A stretch of DNA of 55,607 bases from Craspedostauros australis (taxonomy: Eukaryota), in assembly GCA_030167865.1 (NCBI GenBank), contig JALAGF010001348.1:1-55607 (forward strand). The letters run 5' to 3'. Positions 50,310 to 55,607 of the stretch are shown in pieces. A program made the translations under genes and the position numbers. The notes below the pieces were generated by a model, which was not told the DNA's origin, made no database searches, and saw nothing but the letters and a program-made list of their open reading frames with translations. The first letter of the stretch is position 1, and the number at the start of each line of letters is the position of its first letter.

Positions 50310-53300
50310 TCATGCTTCGTTGCTGCGAATGCTTTGATCCATCGCATCGGTCATCGTCGCCACCAGCTCTTCTCCCCTGCGTTCCCATTCCTCGCGGTTG
50401 GCGATGGCGTAGTTCAAGTATTCATCGCTGGACTTGCCGAACACGCCGCATTCCTTCAGCTTCTTCGCCAACGGGATGATGTAGAAGTCGAAGAAGCCCA
50501 TCTCTCCTTTGTACCAGCCGTCGGCCGGGTTCGTTTCAGATCTGCCGCTGCGGTAGGCCGCGTAGCATTCCTTGAAGAAGCGCTCGTTCCACTTGCGGTA
50601 CACGTGCCAGTGCTGCATTGTGTGAGCAACGTCCGAGGCTTGAATCAAGTGCTCGATGACGATGGTCGCCTTGCGGTCGGTGGCGTCCTTGGTGGATTCG
50701 TCGAAAGTGTTGTCCGAGAAGGCCTTGTCCCAGCGGCCGTTCCTCAGCTGCTTCAGATCCTTGTCCACGATGTCTGTCGCCATGACTCCGTTGACAACGA
50801 GCTGTCGGAAGCGCTGCAGATCTTGTTCGTTGCCGCAAAGGCAGTTGCGGAAGTCGGCGTACTGGTCGGATGTGAACAAATCCCAAGCCAGGACCAAAGA
50901 GTTCTGTTCGGCAACGGATCGGTTGTCGTAGATGGCCGCAACGCGCGTCTTTTCCTTGATCAGTTGGGCATTCGGGACGCCTGGATGATCGACGTCATGA
51001 ATCATGGCGGAGAATGCGCATGCGAACTGCGTCAGCGGATCCGACGTGATGCCGTAGGTGTGGTCGTGCAGCGATGCAGCCACGTGCTTTGCGCTCATGT
51101 TGCCGCTGATGGCGCTGCTTTTACCACTGGCGATGCTGTTGCCGCTGCTAACAGGGACTGCTGCGTTGCCTTTGTCGGCGAAGTCGAGATCGGACGGGGC
51201 GACGATGCGGGCAAGCAGCTTGATGACGGACATGGTCACGTGCGATGCGTGCTCGAAGTTGTGAAAGGGATTGTCCTGGTACATGGCCGCAATGGCCTCC
51301 ACGAAGGATCGCAGCTGGTCGACAACTCTCTGGTCGATGGCTGGAGCGGCACCCTTGGCCGATGCCGAGCCGTGGGCGGCCTTCTGATTGAATTCTGGAA
51401 GATGGACGATCTCGCAGACTTCATCCAGCGGAATGAATATAGCCGGCTGAATCTGCGAGCCTTCGTCCGCCTTCTTTCTTGAAATGGCAGGTGCTTGGGG
51501 GCCGACTGCTTGTCTGTGAGCGACGACTTGTTGCAGGATCTGGGTGAGCATCACCACATTCCAATCCACCAGCCGCAGCTGTTTTTCATCCAGGCCGCTG
51601 GATTTAACTCGTTGCTGGATGCCGAGCAAGGAAAGGTCTTCTGCATTGTCCAATGAATCGTGGGCATCATCCATGTCACTGCTGCAGCTACCAGTCACGG
51701 AACCGTTTTTGGGACGCGAAAGGGAGCGAGCAATCCAGTATCTGAGAGATATACGTATGTAGCGAGAGTGTGATTGAGAGAAGAGATGATCCCGATGCAC
51801 AGTGTGAAATTTTAGCATGTGTCGATGGATGGATGGATTGATGGATAGATAGATGAATGGGTGAGATTGGAAAGGGGTGCGAGAGTCTCCCGCGATGGGG
51901 AGGCGAAATGAACGTGCGAATTTCAGTATCAGGATCAGTATCAGAAGCATATACGATGTGCGATAGAATATGACAGTGCGTTGCTGGTAATCTGCTGCAC
52001 CCTCAAAGTTCTCGAGCGAACTCAAGGCAGTCACAGTAGTAGCGCACGAACTCACGTTTGCATATCGCCCTTGCCTTTGGCGTATACCTTCTCCTCTCGT
52101 TTCACCAGCCAGTATCCTTTGCCGCACCGACGCACGCATTCCGCCGTTTCTCTCGATACATGGATGCGGCCAATCTCGCCGGTGTTTTCGATGCGAGATG
52201 CGGTGTTCATGGTGTCGCCAAACAGCTGAAATCGTGCACGTTCCCCGCGCAGCACTCCGGCCGTGACCGGTCCTGAGTGCATGCCGATGCGCAGGGAGAG
52301 ATCGGCTGTGTCCGGACCGTGCGTGATTTCCAACCCCTTCACAAGGACATCCATCCGCTTGAGGATATCATGTGCGAAACGGACCATGATGGTGGCGTGA
52401 TCCTTCTTTGGTTCCGGAATACCGGTGGCGGCCACGTAACAGTCCCCAACAGTCTCAACCTTGAACACTCGCCTGGCTTTGGCGATTTGATCAAACTGAG
52501 AGAAAACGGTTTCGAGCAATGAGAAGACTTGCGTCGGCTCTTTTGTAGTTGAAGTTTGATGTTGATTTTGTGTGTACGGGCATGATGATGATGACGATGG
52601 TGGTGATGACGATGGTGGTGATGATGATGATGGAATGAATGCGAAGGTTAGTGAAAGGATAGATCGCCTCAGTTGAAGTGTTGCATACAAAATGACCACA
52701 ATCCCTTCGTCACGGTTGTTGTTCCCATGTGCTGCCACACTCACCTCGAACTGAACTCCACGCAGTAAAGCCGGAAATATCAGCAAATAGGACCGTCGTC
52801 TCGAGGAACAGGTCGGCCAACGGCTGCCCCGCTCCTGCGTTTGCATCCGCCTCTCCATGCAAGAAGCTCTTGAGGTTGGAGATGCGTATGTTCGCTGTGT
52901 CGCCGTGCGTATTCTTGTCGGAAATGAGCCGGTCTCGAATAGCACTGGGGAAGAGCGTTGACACGATGACATTGGAGCGCGCGGCATTCTCGATGAGCTT
53001 CTCGTTGCGGTGGTTGACAAACATGTCGTAGACGAAGAAGATCGCAATCACCGCGACGAATGCGCAGAAGATGACGATCGCGAATATTTCGGGGAGGAAG
53101 GTGTCGTACGCCTCCTCGAATTGCCTGGATGGGTAGATATGCATCGTGTAGATGCAATGCCCGGGCGTCTTGGCGAAGTCCGGATGATCGGACGTTGTGA
53201 GCAGGCGCACCTTCTCGTATTTGTCGTACTTCGTATCATGTGTGTCGACTGGTACAATAGTAGTTTGTTCGATTTGGTCGATTTAGTGAGGTCGTCAGCA

Positions 53301-55505
53301 GAGAGTAGATACCGGCATGAATGCATGGGGAGAGATTACATTTCGAATGGACGGATGGATGGAGTTGAGCAGATATAGTACGCACAAGCACATGATGCAA
53401 GTAGATAGTACATTGAGGTGAGCAAAGCAGGCTACCAGGTACGCGAATCAAGCATACGCAAATGAAGCCGGCCGAAGAGATTGATTTCAACGTGTAAAGA
53501 CACCAGCTGAAACACCAGCGATTTGATGTTCGCACTTACCGTATCCCTGGAAGTAGGCATACTCTCCATGAATCTCGTATGTGAACGTTTGGTTGCAGGT
53601 GTTGGAAATCACGGCTGTGATTCCCTGCACGTTATTGGGCAGCAGCTGGTTCAAGGCAGTGTCCCATGCTGTTACACCAATCAAAATACCGACGATTTCG
53701 GAGTCTGGATCCGAAGCGACCTCGTGCACTGGGTGATAGGCGAAGGTGTGCGGGTGGCTGACCTTGGAACCGGGCAATCTGGCGTGCATCGCTTCATGCT
53801 CTTCCTTCTTAAATGCGAAGCTGTTGAATGTGCCCGCAAAATGGAACAGAGTTTCAGTTCTCAGCTCAACCAGACTGCGCCCCACCAGGGGAGTCCCGAG
53901 GTATTCTGCGGACATCACATTCCAGTTGAGGAAGCTGAAATCGAATGGTGCCGGCGCATACTCCCAGAGCACGTACTTACGTTCTCGTCCAGGGTAATCC
54001 GGCACGAAACCGCCCGCAGAGCGGTCGACCTTGGCCACGTAGGGATGAAAGTTTGCCGGGGTGAAGTCGTCGAGGTTGCCATTCTCTTCGAGGTTGGCAT
54101 TCATCACGACGGCACCATGGTCCTTGATGCTATGCTCCACCCAGGCATCGTATGTTTCGTTTTTTACCATGTGAAGCAGAGTCACAATCTCTGTGCCGGA
54201 GTACTCCAGGACCGTTTCTGCGGTTGTTCGGAAGAACGGGATGGTGACGTCCGGCCAACTTGCGTTTGTGCTCACGACGTAGTTCGACACGTGGTTAGCA
54301 AGACCAATGTAGGCATGCCGGAGGTTGAGCTGTTGGTCAACAGCGGCATCTCCAACAGTTCTAGCGAATTGCTCAAACTGGTGTATGGATTGTATGGAAT
54401 GTATGGAATGTATCGATACGTGGCCGTATGGAGGTGTGAATTGTATGGGGCATTGGAGATTGTGTTTGGCCGAGTAGTGAGAGACGGAGAGTGAACGAGT
54501 GTTAGAACGCGAAGGAGATGCGCTATCCAGGCAGAGGTTGGAGGAGATCCATGAGCTCGTGGGTGCTAAGAGCAAGTGTCCGTACACAATAGAGTATCGT
54601 AGAGCCCTACTGAGTACCATCCGAGCCGAGTGGGAAGGACAATTGAACGGAGCGGTATCATTATGATGATGCAGTGCTGTGCGCTAGGTATTCTGCGATA
54701 CAAGTGTTGGCCTCTTTTGCTGCCGCCAGATACGACACACTTACCGCTGTCTCGAAGGTGTCTGTTTGTTGTTGATCGAGGAACTGATTGAGAGGTGACG
54801 GAAGCAAGAAAGGCAACCAAATGTGCAGAAGGACGAAGGCAAGGAAGATCAGGGCAAGAAAATCGCAATCGCAACAGGCTCGTACGAGTGGTATGGTTCG
54901 AGAAGGGAGAGGCAAGACGTGAGATGAAATCGTACCGTGCAGATGATATGAGCAGAGCGGTAGAGATATGGAGGGTGTTCGGATGGGCAACGCTGATATG
55001 TGAGCACCATAGTCGCACACTCGCCGTCAAACCAATATTGGATGTGTGAAGGATGCTTCGCTGGTAGAGACAGACCCACTGCCATCTCCTCCCTTGCCTT
55101 GTTGCTCATCCCTTCACTGCATCAGATCGGAACTGCACTCACGTGGTATGTCGCCCAAGTGACAGTGACTCCAGTTGCGAGCAATGCTGCTGTTGTCACG
55201 AGACGCCACAAGCGGACCTGGAACGTATCCTTTCGTGCAACATTGCGAACGGCCTGCATTTCATCGTCGTTGCTGTCGGCGGTGGTGCTGAATTCAGGAT
55301 GACTTTCGTGATCACCGAACATGGTGGTTCCGTTACCAGTGCTCGAGGTGGCTGGGAAACCCCTGGCACTGCTGCTGCTGCTGCTGCTGTTGCTGCCATC
55401 ATCACCCGAGTAGTCGATGGCGTCGCTGCGTGACACGGTCTTGAGCGATTTGTCCAGCTGCCCATCGCGGGGCAACCCGGCGTTGTTGCTTGGAGCTGGA
55501 GACAT
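50310..55505 (-). CDS. Receptor-type class III nucleotide cyclase fused to a class I phosphodiesterase (~1219 aa; exons 55505-55143, 54783-54745, 54377-53540, 53248-52745, 52539-52056, 51741-50310)
   Basis: Two TM segments flank an extracellular sensor region. Cyclase motifs LFADISGFTAWSS, FKVETVGDCY, RIGMHSGPVTAGVL, LFGDTMNTASR, KGKGDMQTYW. PDE motifs PFHNFEHASHV, IHDVDHPG, MATD, QASDV. Five GT-AG introns join all pieces in frame and the exons sum to 3660 nt. Confidence 0.93.
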
Positions 55506-55607
55506 GGTCAGTAGTCCGTGCGTGTGGGTGTGGGTGTGGGTACGAATACGACCTTAGTGTTGACTAGCTCCCCGGGAGGATCAGTGATTTTTTGTGAGGA
55601 AGAGCTA

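Noticed and set aside
50205-51482. 425-aa plus-strand ORF, and similar antisense ORFs over RPN12, AK-HSDH and the 19193 gene
   Set aside because: They are antisense to well-supported genes whose C/G-ending codon bias suppresses stops on the opposite strand.

Overview
Eukaryotic nuclear DNA, most likely from a diatom (probably a raphid pennate). The evidence is GT-AG introns, a bipartite plastid-targeting presequence (VDA|FSP), a DUF6824-type gene and a receptor cyclase-phosphodiesterase fusion. I can support 13 protein genes. Housekeeping genes: FabF-type ketoacyl synthase, 3-hydroxyisobutyryl-CoA hydrolase, RPN12, probable mitoribosomal mL59, plastid aspartokinase-homoserine dehydrogenase, and a 6-exon cyclase/PDE. 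Four large modular cell-surface or secreted proteins also lie here: a Cys-repeat protein running off the left edge (missing from the ORF track), an 882-aa protein with Lys/Ser clusters and four copies of a beta-rich domain, a 1242-aa type I membrane mucin with four cytosolic GDW repeats, and an intronless ~4067-aa mucin with nine 8-Cys domains. The most unexpected signal is a pair of adjacent uncharacterised genes (19193-21226 and 22300-25876) that share a repeated C-[YHF]-F-[ST]...[YF]PxQ...LP...W module I cannot assign to any named family. I found no tRNA, rRNA, CRISPR array or transposon. All family assignments come from recognising motifs by eye; no database search was run.
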